Source: Pelagomonas calceolata (taxonomy: Eukaryota). Taken from it: DNA of 64,000 nt. The stretch's first letter is position 1; each line of letters starts with the position of its first letter. The notes under the pieces were generated by a model. The model was not told where the DNA came from and did no database searches. It worked only from the letters and a program-made list of their open reading frames with translations. This document shows positions 10,993 through 22,800 of the stretch, piece by piece. The stretch covers positions 3,658,001 through 3,722,000 of the forward strand of contig CAKKNE010000006.1 of NCBI GenBank assembly GCA_918797485.1, written 5' to 3'. A program made the translations under genes and the position numbers.

Positions 10993-12738
10993 ATGGCGGA
11001 CGCCTTCGCGCTGGCTCGGCGCTGCGTGCTACATCTCGACCTCGATAGCTTCTTCCTCGCCGTCCACAAGCGGCGCGACCCCACTTTACCGCTGGAATCG
11101 AAGCCGGTCGTCCTCTACCAGTTCCAGGACGTCATCTGCGCCAATCGGAGAGCGAAGGCACTGGGCGTCCAGAAGCACATGCGCCCCCGCGAGGCGCGGG
11201 CGCTCGTCGAGCCGCATGGCTTGGTGATCCACGCGTTCTGCAGGGACTGGCCGGGGCCGCGCGTCCGCTACGGCCCCTACACCGCCGCGTCGCGAGAGTT
11301 CTTCGACGCGCTGGCTGACGCGCTCCGCGCCGCGACCGGCGGCGGGGCGGCGATCGAGCGCGGTTCCATAGACGAGGCCTACGTCGAGCTGGCGATGATG
11401 CCGCAGGACCCGGCGGCCTTCTGCGGCCGACTCCGCGCCGCCGTCGAAGGCGCGACAGGCCTGCGCGTCACGGTCGGCTGCGGTCCGAACAAGCTGCTCG
11501 CCAAGCTGGCGTCGAGCGCCGCCAAGGGCACGGACGCGGCGGTCCGGGTCGTCGACGGCGGCGCGGCGGTCGACGACCTCCTCGCCGCGTCGCCGGCGTC
11601 CCGCCTGCCGGGCCTGAGCAAGCCTCCGGCGGGCGCGAAGACGATTTCCGACCTCCGCGCCTGTGGCGCCGAGCTCGACGACAAGCTGCGCGACAAGGCC
11701 TTCGGCCGCGACGACGCGACGCTCAAGTGCGCGCCGCCGAAGACGGCTCAAGTGGCGAGCTGGACCGGACATTGCGACATGGCGACGCTCTGCCGCCGCG
11801 GCGAGACCGCCGCCGTGGCCTTTCCGGCGCGGCGCGGCGGAGGGTCGTGGCTGTTCGAGCCGCACGACGCCGAGGGGCGGTCGAGCGAACTCACGCGGCC
11901 GCGCTGGGTCGTGCTCGCGCTGTGCATCGATCTCGAGGAACGTTTGCGGCACGACGCCGCTTTGTATCGGAGGCGGCCTACGCGCCTGACGCTGACGATA
12001 CGGCAGCCGGGCACGGATCCCCTGCCCATACCGGGAAACAACTACACGGAGGGGGGCTCGAAGTCGCGATCCGTGCCGTTCCCCGCGCCGCAGCCGTCCC
12101 CACCGGAGGAGGCGGAGGCGCTCGTCAAGCGCATCTGCGGCGGCGTCTCATCTGAAAGCGTAGACGTGCCCGACGACGCGTACGGCCGAATTAGTGCGCT
12201 CGTCGACGCCGTCGCGACGGCGCTCGAGGCCTGGGCGCGGGAGCAGGGCAACCCGCGCGTGGCACACTTATCCCTAGCTGCGGGCCACTTCGACAGCGGC
12301 CCGGCGCCCGTGCCGATCACGGCGCTGTTCAAGCCGTCGCCGAAGAAGAAGAAGCGCCCGGCGCCGGCACCTCCAGCTTCTCCGAGCTTCGCGGGCATCG
12401 ACGGCGCCGACGTGGACCCTGCGACGCTCTCGGAGTTGCCGCCGGCCGTGCGCGCGGACGTGGAGAGACAAATGCGCCTCTGGGAGGGATCTCGCAAGCG
12501 GGGCGGCGGCGTCTCACCCTCGCCGCCCGCGACGCCGGCCTCCAAGAAGAAGCGGACCCCGACGAAGTCGCCGAAGATCACGGCCTACCTCCCGCCGTCT
12601 CCGGCGTCCCCCGCGCCCGCCGCCGCGCTCGACCAGATCCTCGCGATGGGCTTCGGGCCCAACCGGGCGCAGCGAGCGCTCGACGCGGCCAACGGCGACG
12701 CGCAGCGCGCCATCGAGCAGCTGCTGGGGGGCGGCTAA
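10993..12738 (+). CDS. Y-family translesion DNA polymerase (Pol iota/eta/DinB-like) with UBM and C-terminal UBA
   Basis: Palm motifs HLDLDSFF and GSIDEAYVE; thumb NKLLAKLAS; UBM-like VDPATLSELPPAVRADVE; UBA ILAMGFGPNRAQRALDAANGDAQRAIEQLL. Intronless, 581 aa. Confidence 0.88.
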   Translation: MADAFALARRCVLHLDLDSFFLAVHKRRDPTLPLESKPVVLYQFQDVICANRRAKALGVQKHMRPREARALVEPHGLVIHAFCRDWPGPRVRYGPYTAASREFFDALADALRAATGGGAAIERGSIDEAYVELAMMPQDPAAFCGRLRAAVEGATGLRVTVGCGPNKLLAKLASSAAKGTDAAVRVVDGGAAVDDLLAASPASRLPGLSKPPAGAKTISDLRACGAELDDKLRDKAFGRDDATLKCAPPKTAQVASWTGHCDMATLCRRGETAAVAFPARRGGGSWLFEPHDAEGRSSELTRPRWVVLALCIDLEERLRHDAALYRRRPTRLTLTIRQPGTDPLPIPGNNYTEGGSKSRSVPFPAPQPSPPEEAEALVKRICGGVSSESVDVPDDAYGRISALVDAVATALEAWAREQGNPRVAHLSLAAGHFDSGPAPVPITALFKPSPKKKKRPAPAPPASPSFAGIDGADVDPATLSELPPAVRADVERQMRLWEGSRKRGGGVSPSPPATPASKKKRTPTKSPKITAYLPPSPASPAPAAALDQILAMGFGPNRAQRALDAANGDAQRAIEQLLGGG

Positions 12739-13814
12739 ACTTGTGTGAGATGTCCTCTGAGTCAAGTTATATATATAGGTCTGTTACTCACCGGGGTGAA
12801 TGCAGCACGTCATTCATTCTTGTCACGCCTAGTCGCTGCTGCAAAGGGAGGATGGGGGAGGCGGTCGCGGCGACCAGGCAACTTCAGTACGTCCGCCATA
12901 AGGAGGGGGCCGAGCTCGTCATCGATGCCCGGGGTTCGACGCCGTTCGTCCGCGGCGTCGGCGGGTGATGAGTACAGAGCGCCACCGAAAGGTGGCGAGA
13001 GCGGCGACGCCGTCGTCCAAGAGGTCGACGGTGCCGCCGGGGGCCCACCGGTAGGTCGGGCAAATAGGGTCTTGGGCGTCTCCCGGCGGCACCGCCGCGC
13101 CGGGTTCTTTAGGTCCACCACGTCGGCGTTCTCAACGCCGACCGGGTCTTGGTGCGACGCCGCCGCGCCTCGGAAGAGACGCGACGGCGCCGCGGGCGCC
13201 GGTCGCGAGGACCGACATACAGGACCTGATCGTCATCAGGTCCTCATCGCTCTGCGTGCACGGCCCACCTAGGAGCATCAGGTGGGCCGAACTCGTTTGC
13301 GGCGCTTCTCCGCCGCGCCGACGAATAGTCGGCGCGACGGCGACACGGCTCCCTCGTACGATTCATCGGTGCGGCGGAGGACGCCGTGCGTCCACCGGAA
13401 CCGCCGCGGAACTCGTTCTGTTATTGAGGGGAGGGCATCGATTGGGTGGTGGTGCCACACGTCGTCAGCGTGTGGTTTGCGTCCAGGTCATCTGAGCGCG
13501 TCCAGCGTCGCGTCTGCTCGGCTCGGCGGCGTCGGACAGCCCGTCGACCGTGAGGCCGACGGGCGGTGGAGGCTTGATGTATGCGCGCGGCAAATCGCCT
13601 ACCTTACTTTTTCGCGCGATGCCGCCGGCCTCGAGAAGGCGCGGCGGCGTGGTGGATTACCGACAGGTCGGCAGGTGCGGCGGCGCCGTCGTCCCCAAGA
13701 GGTCGACAAGCGCAGCCACGAGTTTTCGACACAAGGTCGGCTAAAATTTGGGTGACGCCGCCGGCCCCCAGCGTAGGGCGCGACGGCGTCGAACGGCCTC
13801 AAGAGGCCGGTGAT

Positions 13815-16800
13815 CTAGAGCGCGGCCTTGAGAGGAGGAGAGATTGGCGCCGGAGTCAGAGGCGAGATCGGCGCGTCTGGCTCCTCGGCAGCATCGTCCT
13901 TGGCCTCCTCGGCGAGGTTGGCCAGGTCCTCAGCTGAACCAATGCTGTCCACTTTCTTCTTCAAGTAATTGGTCGCGCTCCCGAATGACTCGGAAATTCT
14001 CCCCACGTATTGGTTTCCCGATGCCGCTGAGGCTGCGTAGGTACTTGAGAGTTCAGAGAAGAGGATGTAGAGAGCCACCGAGAAGGTGAAGAGCCCAACA
14101 ATGACGCAGATCGCGGCAAAGATTGCGCCTTGGAATACTCCCTGAGGGTCACCCGCCTCCTCGTCGTCCGAGTTGCTTCGCGCCTGGAGCATGGTGGCGC
14201 CAAAGAACGTAAAGATGACCTGCACTGCCGCGACTTTAGCTAACAGGTCGTCTGAATCATCAACGTAAGGCTCGAAATGAGCCATGACAATGTAATAGAC
14301 CATAGCTCCCAAGAGGCCGAGGGCCGTTTGCGTGGTAGTCGATGGCTCCTCGTCAGAACCGAAGAAAGCTAAAAGACCCGTGAGGTAGAGGCGACGGATG
14401 AGCTCGACGACGGCGAACCACCAGTAGCGCGGCTCGTATTCTTCGAAGAGGAACCTAATCCGGTCGAGGCGGCGGTCGTTGTCGCGCTTGTTGATCTTTT
14501 CGTCCATGCCGTCGGAGGTCGTGGTCGGGTTGATCCGCTTCCGGTACCAGAAGAGCGTGGCAAAACAGAGCACGGGGATTCCGATCGGATAAATGGCTAC
14601 CATGATCCAGGTGAAGATCGACGTGAGCTTGTAGCGTCTGCTTCGGCAATTGATCGACATGTCGGCCATAAGCACCTTAAGCTTACCTGGACTGCGGCCC
14701 CGCGCATCGAACTTTACGCAGTTGAAGTAGCGCAAGACCGCCGAGGAGTTGGACGGAAAGACGAGGTATACTAGAATAAATGCAAAGTACGTCCACTTGT
14801 CTACTTTTTTTGCATATCGGCAGGCAAAGTAAGTCAGCACCAGGACGACGATGGGCCAGATCGTCGAAATCTCCATCGACCAGATGTAATCTACCCAAGG
14901 AAACATGCAGGCCGTGCGCGCCACGCCCGAGAGGTCCAGCGACGCGAAGCCAAAGAATCGAGCGACTTGCTCGTAGGCCACGGGCCACCTGTGTGCAAAT
15001 CGACCAGTGAGCCGGCGGAATGTCATTTCTCTCGACGAGTGACAGTCCGATGAAGGCAAATTGAACCTTTATTTGCGCACTGGGGGCAACGGAATCGTGG
15101 GAAATAACGGATGAACGCCCGACACAATCTGGTAGCACCCGATCACGATCTTGAGTTTGGTCAACGCCGTGGACCGCTTCTTCTTCTCCCGTGCCGGAGC
15201 TCCGATGCTAGCGTCGGAGGAACGCGCCTCGGCCGGCCCCGATTTTGGTGAGGAGCGCTCGGCGGCCTCCGTGTGCGCCTGCTGCTTCGCTTTGTCTTCG
15301 GTTTCAGAGGACCGTCTCTCCGCGTGGTCGACGACGCTGTCCATGACGGCATCGTTGCAACAATCTTGATCGACGCATGCCGTGACCGACGCCTCCCACG
15401 TGTCGGGGTGAAGACTCACGTACAGCAACGCCGCGAGCAGCGCAAATACGGTGATAACTATGAGGACGAAAATCGCTATTGAGGTCTTAGCGCACTCGTC
15501 GCACGTGAGATTAGTAAACGAAAAGTAGTGGTTTTTCTCGCACACGTTGCAAAGCGGGCCCTTATGGCCCTTGCGGCAGAGGCCGTCGCCGTAGCTGGTC
15601 TGATTCTGATTCAGGCCTGGCTGCGCGCCCTTGCAAGATTTCCGGTAATAACAGCGGTAGATCGAGTCCTCGAGCTCCGTGGCACGCCAGTACCGCTCCT
15701 TCACGGGCAGGGCCTCGAGCGTCGTCGCTTTGCGGCACGTATCGACACCAGACCCCAGGGCGTCACACGGTTCGCAGCATTCCTTAAAGACACAGTCATT
15801 GGGGTCATCTTCGCTGGCACACTGCTCTTGCAGGGCCGACGTATTGCTACAGGACACGCCACTTGTGCCAGCCTCAAAGGGGACCCGATAGTAGCCTTGG
15901 AGGCACGTGAAACAACCGGTCTTGCCTTCGCCGCTCGTCGTGGAAAACGGCACGCACGGCTGGCACGTACTCTGCCCAGACATGGACGTATACGTGCCCG
16001 TGAGGCAATCCGAACACTCAAACGCGCCGCTCTGAGAAAATTTCCCCGCCGGACAGTCTCTGGTTAGGCCGACGAACGAGCCAGGTGGCCCGACACGGAT
16101 AAAATTCACGTCAGAGCGTCTGATACCATCTAAGCTCGCGTCCTCGTCGATAGAGGCTGACGAAAGGACATCTGAAGCGTCTAATGACTTCTGAAGCGTC
16201 CCGGTTTCGATGGCTTCTAGGAACTGCGACTTGAAGTCGTCCAACATCAGCGCTGAAACGTTGTCCATGTTCTCGCCCCAGACGCCCGTGTAATTCGCCT
16301 CGACCGTGAAGAAAAGATTGTTCGAGAAGCTCTCCGTCGAATTGGCGGAACTAAAAGCGTCCTGTGAGAGGGCCGGTTCAATTGTCACGACAACAGGTTG
16401 ATCGGCTAAGTCCCCAATGACGTCCTTCAGCAGACTCGCGAGGGCACTTCGATTTTTCTGGCTGTCGAGGTATCCTTCTAGCTCGAGGCTCGAGTCTAGA
16501 GTAATCACGTAGCTCGGATTCGCGTTGGTGGCTACTCCCGCTTCCGCCAGGGCGCACCCTGACGCGCCGGCTTCGCTCACCGTTCCTGGTTCGCAGGGCG
16601 CGCAAGAAGACGCGCCCGACCCGCTAAATCGTCCCGCGGCACACTTGGACGGCTTGGTCGCTCCCCTCGTGGCGACGTATTCGCCGCCAGAAGCCAGGTC
16701 GCACGCCGTGGCCCGTTTTCTAGAGACGTACCGCCCTTCCTCGCATTGGATGCACTCCACCGCTCCGGCGCCCGGGGAGTAGGTGCCTGGAAGACACCGT

Positions 16801-19800
16801 TCCTGTTCGAAAGCTCCCGACTTTGCCACGAAAGACCCCGCGTCGGCAAGCTTGCACTCGCCCCTGCCCTCCTTTTTGGCGAATTTGCCTTTCTCACAGG
16901 GCTTGCACTCGCCAGGGCCAGCGGGCTTCGCCTTACCTACCTCACACATGGAGCAACTGGTCGCTCCTTCCTGACTAGACTTCCCAGCATCACACGACGT
17001 ACATGAGGCTTCGCCCTTTTTTGAGCTAAACGTGCCGGCCGCACAAGGGTTACATGTCGAGCTAGAAGACTCCGCGGAGAACTCTCCCGCGGGACACTTC
17101 GTCTGTTCCTTTGCCCCAAGTTCCTTCACGAAGAACCCAGCATTTGCCAGCGAGCACGCGGGCGCGCCTTCGTCAGGCATATACTTTCCTGCTGGACACA
17201 GGGCCTGCCCCGTCGCGCCCGTGCCCTCGGCATAATTTCCGGACTCGGCTGCCTTACATTCGCCCAGGCCTATCTCGTCCGCGTACCTTCCCGGTGCGCA
17301 TAGGGAACACTCGGAGCTACCACTTCCACTCGCGTGTTTGCCCCTTGGACACGGTTCTTGCTTTATTGCGCCCTCGGAAGCGACGAAGTGGCCAGAGGTC
17401 GCAGGCGTGCAGCCAGACTTGCCCATGTTCACATTGAACTCGCCCTTCGGACATAAAGAACACTCGGTGGAACTTGGACTACTCGAGAACTTTCCAACTG
17501 GACAGCTCTCCTGACCAAAGGCGCCCTCGACGCCAACAAACGATCCAGAGTTGGCCGATACGCATCCAAACAATCCCGGGCCGGGCGAGTACGTTCCGCG
17601 TGCGCATATTACATCAGTCGTGGCACCCTCCTCCGCGACGAAGTAGCCTTGCCTCGCGAGCGTGCACTCAGGCGTCTTGGCCGATGCGGCGTATTTTCCA
17701 CGCTCACACAGAGTGCACTCCGAGTTGCCCGAGCCGCTCGCGTGATGACCCTCGGGGCACGGCTCCTGCTTAGAAGCGCGGTCCTCAGCAACAAAACAGC
17801 CCGGCTCGGCGGACACGCACTCGATGGCGCCTTCCGAAGCGGCGTATTTTCCCGCAGAGCAAGGGGTGCACTCGCTCGAGCCCGAAATGGAGAACGAACC
17901 TGGCTGACACGGCAACTGCGCCGTCGCGCCCGTGGTACCACGCGCTCCATCCTCCCGCAATCGTCTCCCAGGATTTGCGGCGAAAAAGCCAGCGACTGCG
18001 AGAGAACAGACGGCCGTGCCCCCCTTATCCGCATAGTAGCCTTCCGGGCAGTTCTGGCACGCACGGGCTTCTGACGTGTCTGCAAACCTCCCAGGGGCGC
18101 AAGGTGTCGATTCCGTCGCTCCAGGCGCGTCGACGAAGGAGCCGGCGGCGGCAGATGTGCACCGCGAAGAGCCCGGGTCGACAGCGTATTTGCCTACAGG
18201 GCACTCCGTCTCCTTCGAGTCTCCTTCGACGGCGACGAACCAGCCTGGCTTCGCGAACGTGCACTTTGTCGCGCCCGTGGCCTCGGAGAAGGTCCCGGCC
18301 GGGCAGACCAAGCACTCGTTGGCCCCGGGGCCCGGCGAGTAGTAGCCTTCCTCGCATGGGATCTGTTTCGTTCTATCACTATCCTTGACGTAGTGGCCCG
18401 CCTCTGCTAGAGAACACGTCGCCGTGCCCGGCTCCTCGGCGTAGGAGCCAGGCTCGCACGGCGTGCACTTAGTAGCTTTCGGACCAGAAAATTCACCAAC
18501 CGAGCACTTCGTCTCCTCGGACGCGCCTGTGTGGAAATCGACGAGTGAGTAGGGCGCACTCGGTTAAGTCGAGCGTGGGACCCGCACCACCACACCATCA
18601 AGCAGACGTCGCGTCGATGGCGTGCTGGTCGAAGGCGACGTGAACTAGTGACTTCTGCACGGCGACGTGCCGACGTCCGAGACGTAGTAGCCGGGCCTGG
18701 CGTCAAGACAGCTCGACTGGCCCTCGGCGTTCGTGTAGGTACCGGCCTCGCACTGAACCTCGTCCAGAGCGCCGAGCGCTGCGACATAATATCCTTTTTT
18801 GGCGTCATCGCAAGTCACGGTGCCCTCGGTGGCGGCGTACTTGCCCACCGCGCACTCGAAGCACTCTTTGGCCCCTTCGCCCGGCGAATAGCGGCCGCTC
18901 GGGCACGGCACCGGTGCCGTTCTGGCCGTGTCGGTGGCTAAGGAACCCACCGCGGCACGAGAATCGTTTTCGGGGACATAGAAGCCAGCTTGGGCGAGGT
19001 CGCAGCTCGCTGTGCCCGAGGTGGCGGCAAACGAGCCGGCTGGACAAGATTCGCAAACAAAAGCGGCCGGATCTGAGGTTTTGCCAGGCGGGCACTCCTC
19101 CTGCTTCGACGCGCCGACGGCGTCCACGAAGTAGCCAGGCTTGGCGTCGAGGCAGCTCGACTGGCCCTTGGCGTCGGTGTAGGTGCCGCGCTCGCATTTC
19201 TTCTCCTCGGACGCGCCCTCCTTGTCCACATAATGTCCGAGTTCGGCTAGCTCGCACAGACTCGCCTTGTTGGACCGGGCGAAGGTCCCGAGCGAGCATC
19301 GAATGCAGTTCTTGCCACCCTCCCCCGGGGAGTAGCTGCCTTTGAGGCACTCCACCTCCTTCGTCGCCCCCGTTCCAACCTGTGCGATAACAAGTTCACG
19401 GCGCCTTCGACGCGACGTCTGCTCGATGGCGTGGCTGTGCGGATCTCTCACCGTTCGACGTAGCCAGCGCAACCGCATTGTCGCCGCGAAGGTATTTGTG
19501 ACGTACCCGATTTTCCACACTGGTTCTAACAACGACGAACCCGGGCTCGGCCAGCGTGCAGGTGTCCGTGCGTTTGGTAGCCGCGAAGCGCCCCGCCGCG
19601 CAGTCTTGACACGAGCTCTGGGCCGAGCCGGAGTATCGTCCTGGATCACAATCTATCGGCGACGAGGAGCCCTCTTTGGGCACGTACGTTCCGGGATCTG
19701 CGGGCAAGCAGCCGGACTGGCCTTCGGTGTCCGTGTACCTTCCTGCAGCACATTTTGTCTGCTTGGAAGACCCCGGTTGCCTTACGAAGTGCCCTTTGCC

Positions 19801-22800
19801 AGCGGGCGTGCAGCTAGTGGCACCGGACTTGTCCGAGAACGAACCGACCGCACACTCGGTGCACTCGAGCGCGCCTGCTCCCGGCGAGTATTTGCCCGGA
19901 TCGCACTCCTTGTCGTCCGACGCGCCATCCTTGGCGACAAACGATCCTTTTTCGGCCGGGTTGCAGCTGACCGTACCGTCCTTGTCGGCGAAGGTGCCCT
20001 TCTCGCAGGGTTCGCATCGCTTGGCGCCCGACCCCGAGAAAGTTCCTTCAGGACACTGCTTCTGCTCTCTTTTCCCTTCTTCGTCAACATAATAGCCAGG
20101 GTCCGCGGGCAAGCAAGCCGATTGGCCGGACTCCTTTGTGTAGCGGCCAGCTGGACACTGCTTTTGCTCCGAAGACCGCTCCTTGTCCACAAAGGAGCCA
20201 GCCGCGGCGAGCTCGCATTCCTTTGCGCCTGTCTTGGCCGCAAACGAGCCTAGTGAACAGTCGATGCACTCGTCGAGGCCCGGACCCGGAGCGTGAGTCC
20301 CGATCGGACATGGCAGAGGCTTCTTTGTTCTGTCGGCGACGTAGGATCCTGCCTGGGCAAACTCGCAGCTCGCGGCGCCCGGCTTATCGGCGTATGAACC
20401 AGATAGGCATGTCTCGCACTTGCTTTCGCCGGAGCCAGAGAATTCGCCCCTGGCGCATTCCTCCTGCTTCGACGCGCCGTCAGACGGGACGAAGGAGCCG
20501 GGCGTGGCGGGCAGGCAGCTCGACTGGCCCTCATCGCTCGTGTACGTGCCGCGCTCACACTCCTTTGGTTCGGACGCGCCCTCCTCGTCCACGTACCAGC
20601 CAGGCCTGGCAGGCTCGCACCGAGCTGCCTTCTTGGACTTGGCGTACGTACCCAACGGACACTTCGCGCACTCTCGGGCCCCTGAACCCGGCGAGTAGTA
20701 GCCCTCGTCGCATGGGATCTCTTCGGTTCTGTCGTTGTCCGAGACATAGTGGCCCTCGCTGGCGAGTTTGCAGCTCGGCGAGCCCGAGTCTTTGGCGTAC
20801 GAGCCAGACTGACACGGGGCGCACGAAGTAGCTTCTGACCCCGACGTTTCGCCGGGCATACACTTTTTTGGCTCCTTCAACCATCCCGGCGTAGGGACAT
20901 ATTCCCCGGGCTCAGCGGGCAGGCACGTCGACTGGCCCTCGGTCTTAGTGTATTTTCCAGAGTCGCACTGCGTCGGCGCCGTCAAGCCCTCGCGGCCGAC
21001 GTACCTGTGGAGAAGTCAACCAGTGAGTCGCGGAATCGATGGCGTCGATCACACCATCGAGCAGACGTCGCGTCGATGGCGTGGAGAACGACGCACGAAG
21101 GCATGAAGTCTTGATTCCTGCACAGGCGACGCACTCTCCAGGTAAAGCTTTCTTGCAGACCGATTGGGCCTTTGCATCAGTGTACGTGCCGGGTGAGCAC
21201 TTGACGCACGTGTCGGCTCCCGAACCCGGCGAGTAGGAGCCCTTTTCGCACGGGATCGGTTCCGTTCTATCGCCGTCGTCCGAGACGTAGTAGCCCGGAT
21301 CGGCGAGTGTGCAGCTCGACGAGCCCGCGGTGCTGGCGAAAGAGCCATCCGGACAAGTTCTGCACGCATCAGCGGCAGGATCCGACGTTTCGCCGGCCTT
21401 ACATGCCTCTGGATCGCTCGACCAGCCCTCGTTAGGGACCTTGAAGCCGGGCGTGGCTGGCAGGCACGCCGACTGGCCAGTGGTTTTCGTGTAGAAGCCC
21501 TTCTTGCACTTCGTCTGCGTTGACGATCCCGCCGCGTCCACGTAGCTTCCAGCCGCTGCATCCTCGCACTTCGTGGCGCCTTTGTCGGCCGCAAACGTAC
21601 CGAGCGAACATGCAATGCACTCGCTGGCGCCTGGACCCGGCGAGTAGGTTCCGTTCGCACACTGGATCTGTTTCGTCCTATTATCGTCCGAGACGTAGGA
21701 GCCCGCGTCCGCGAGCTTGCAGCTCGCCGAGCGCGGCTTCGAGGCATACGTGCCGTTCGCGCAAGGCGTGCACGCGCTCTCGCCGGAGCCGGAGTACGTG
21801 CCGACGTCACAGGGATCTTGCGTCGACGCGCCGTCGAACGGGACGATGGAGCCGGGCGTGGCGGGGAAGCACGTCGACCGGCCCTCGGCGTTCGTGTAGG
21901 TGCCGGCCTTGCACTTCGTCTGGTTCGATGCGCCCTCATTGTCGACAAAGTAGCCCTTATCGGCTAGCTTGCAGCTGGGGCTACCTGGCTGCTCGGCATA
22001 AGTGCCGAGTGAACAATTGCGGCACTCAACCGCGGCCGTCCCGGAAGTCTTGCCCGGTGGACATTCTAAGGCCTCCGACGCCCCCGTCGTGCTCACGTAC
22101 TGTCCAGGGGCAGCGTCTCTACAGCTGCTCGATGAAGCAAATTCGGCGTATTTGCCTTTGGAGCAGTCCGTGCATTTAAAATGACCAGCGCCCGAAAAGG
22201 TGCCCGCCGGGCACGGCAACTGTTTGTCGGCACCAGAGTACGCTCCAACCGTCGGCGAGGGCGTGGTGGTGTTGTCAACGGTTTCGGGCGCAAAAAACTC
22301 GACGGTCTCGCCCAGGCCAAAGTCTCCATCCGAGCTGTAGATCACGTTGCCGTTCAGCTCGAGGTAGTACGATCCGTCGCCAAAACCGCAGCAGATCCCA
22401 TCGCTCGCGCTATCTCGGATCTCGAAGGTGTAGTTCTGGCCCCCGCAAATCTGAACTTCTTCTATAAGCTCCGTATCTCGTTGCGAGTAAGGCCCGCCGC
22501 TATTAGGATAACAAGGAGAAGTCACGCTCCAAGTGGTCTCACTCGGGTAGTTATCCGTCTTCAGGATCAGTTTGAACGTCTGGTCGCAGGAGGCTCGACA
22601 GGTTGTTGTCGGCGCGCGCGTCGCCGTCGGCGCGGGCGTCGCCGTGGGCGCGGGCGTTGGTTCTGGCGGGCAGTCCTTATAGTACATCTCGTAGGCGCCA
22701 TCACATGTGTTGGAATCAAGAGACGGAGGGCCCGGGCAAAAGCCGTCGCCCTCGCAGTAGTGGCCGCAGGCCACTTCTCGGCAATGAGGGACGGAGCCGT

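Noticed and set aside
12740..13810. Gene between the polymerase and the giant gene
   Set aside because: Several overlapping ORFs but no recognisable domain or consistent splice model.
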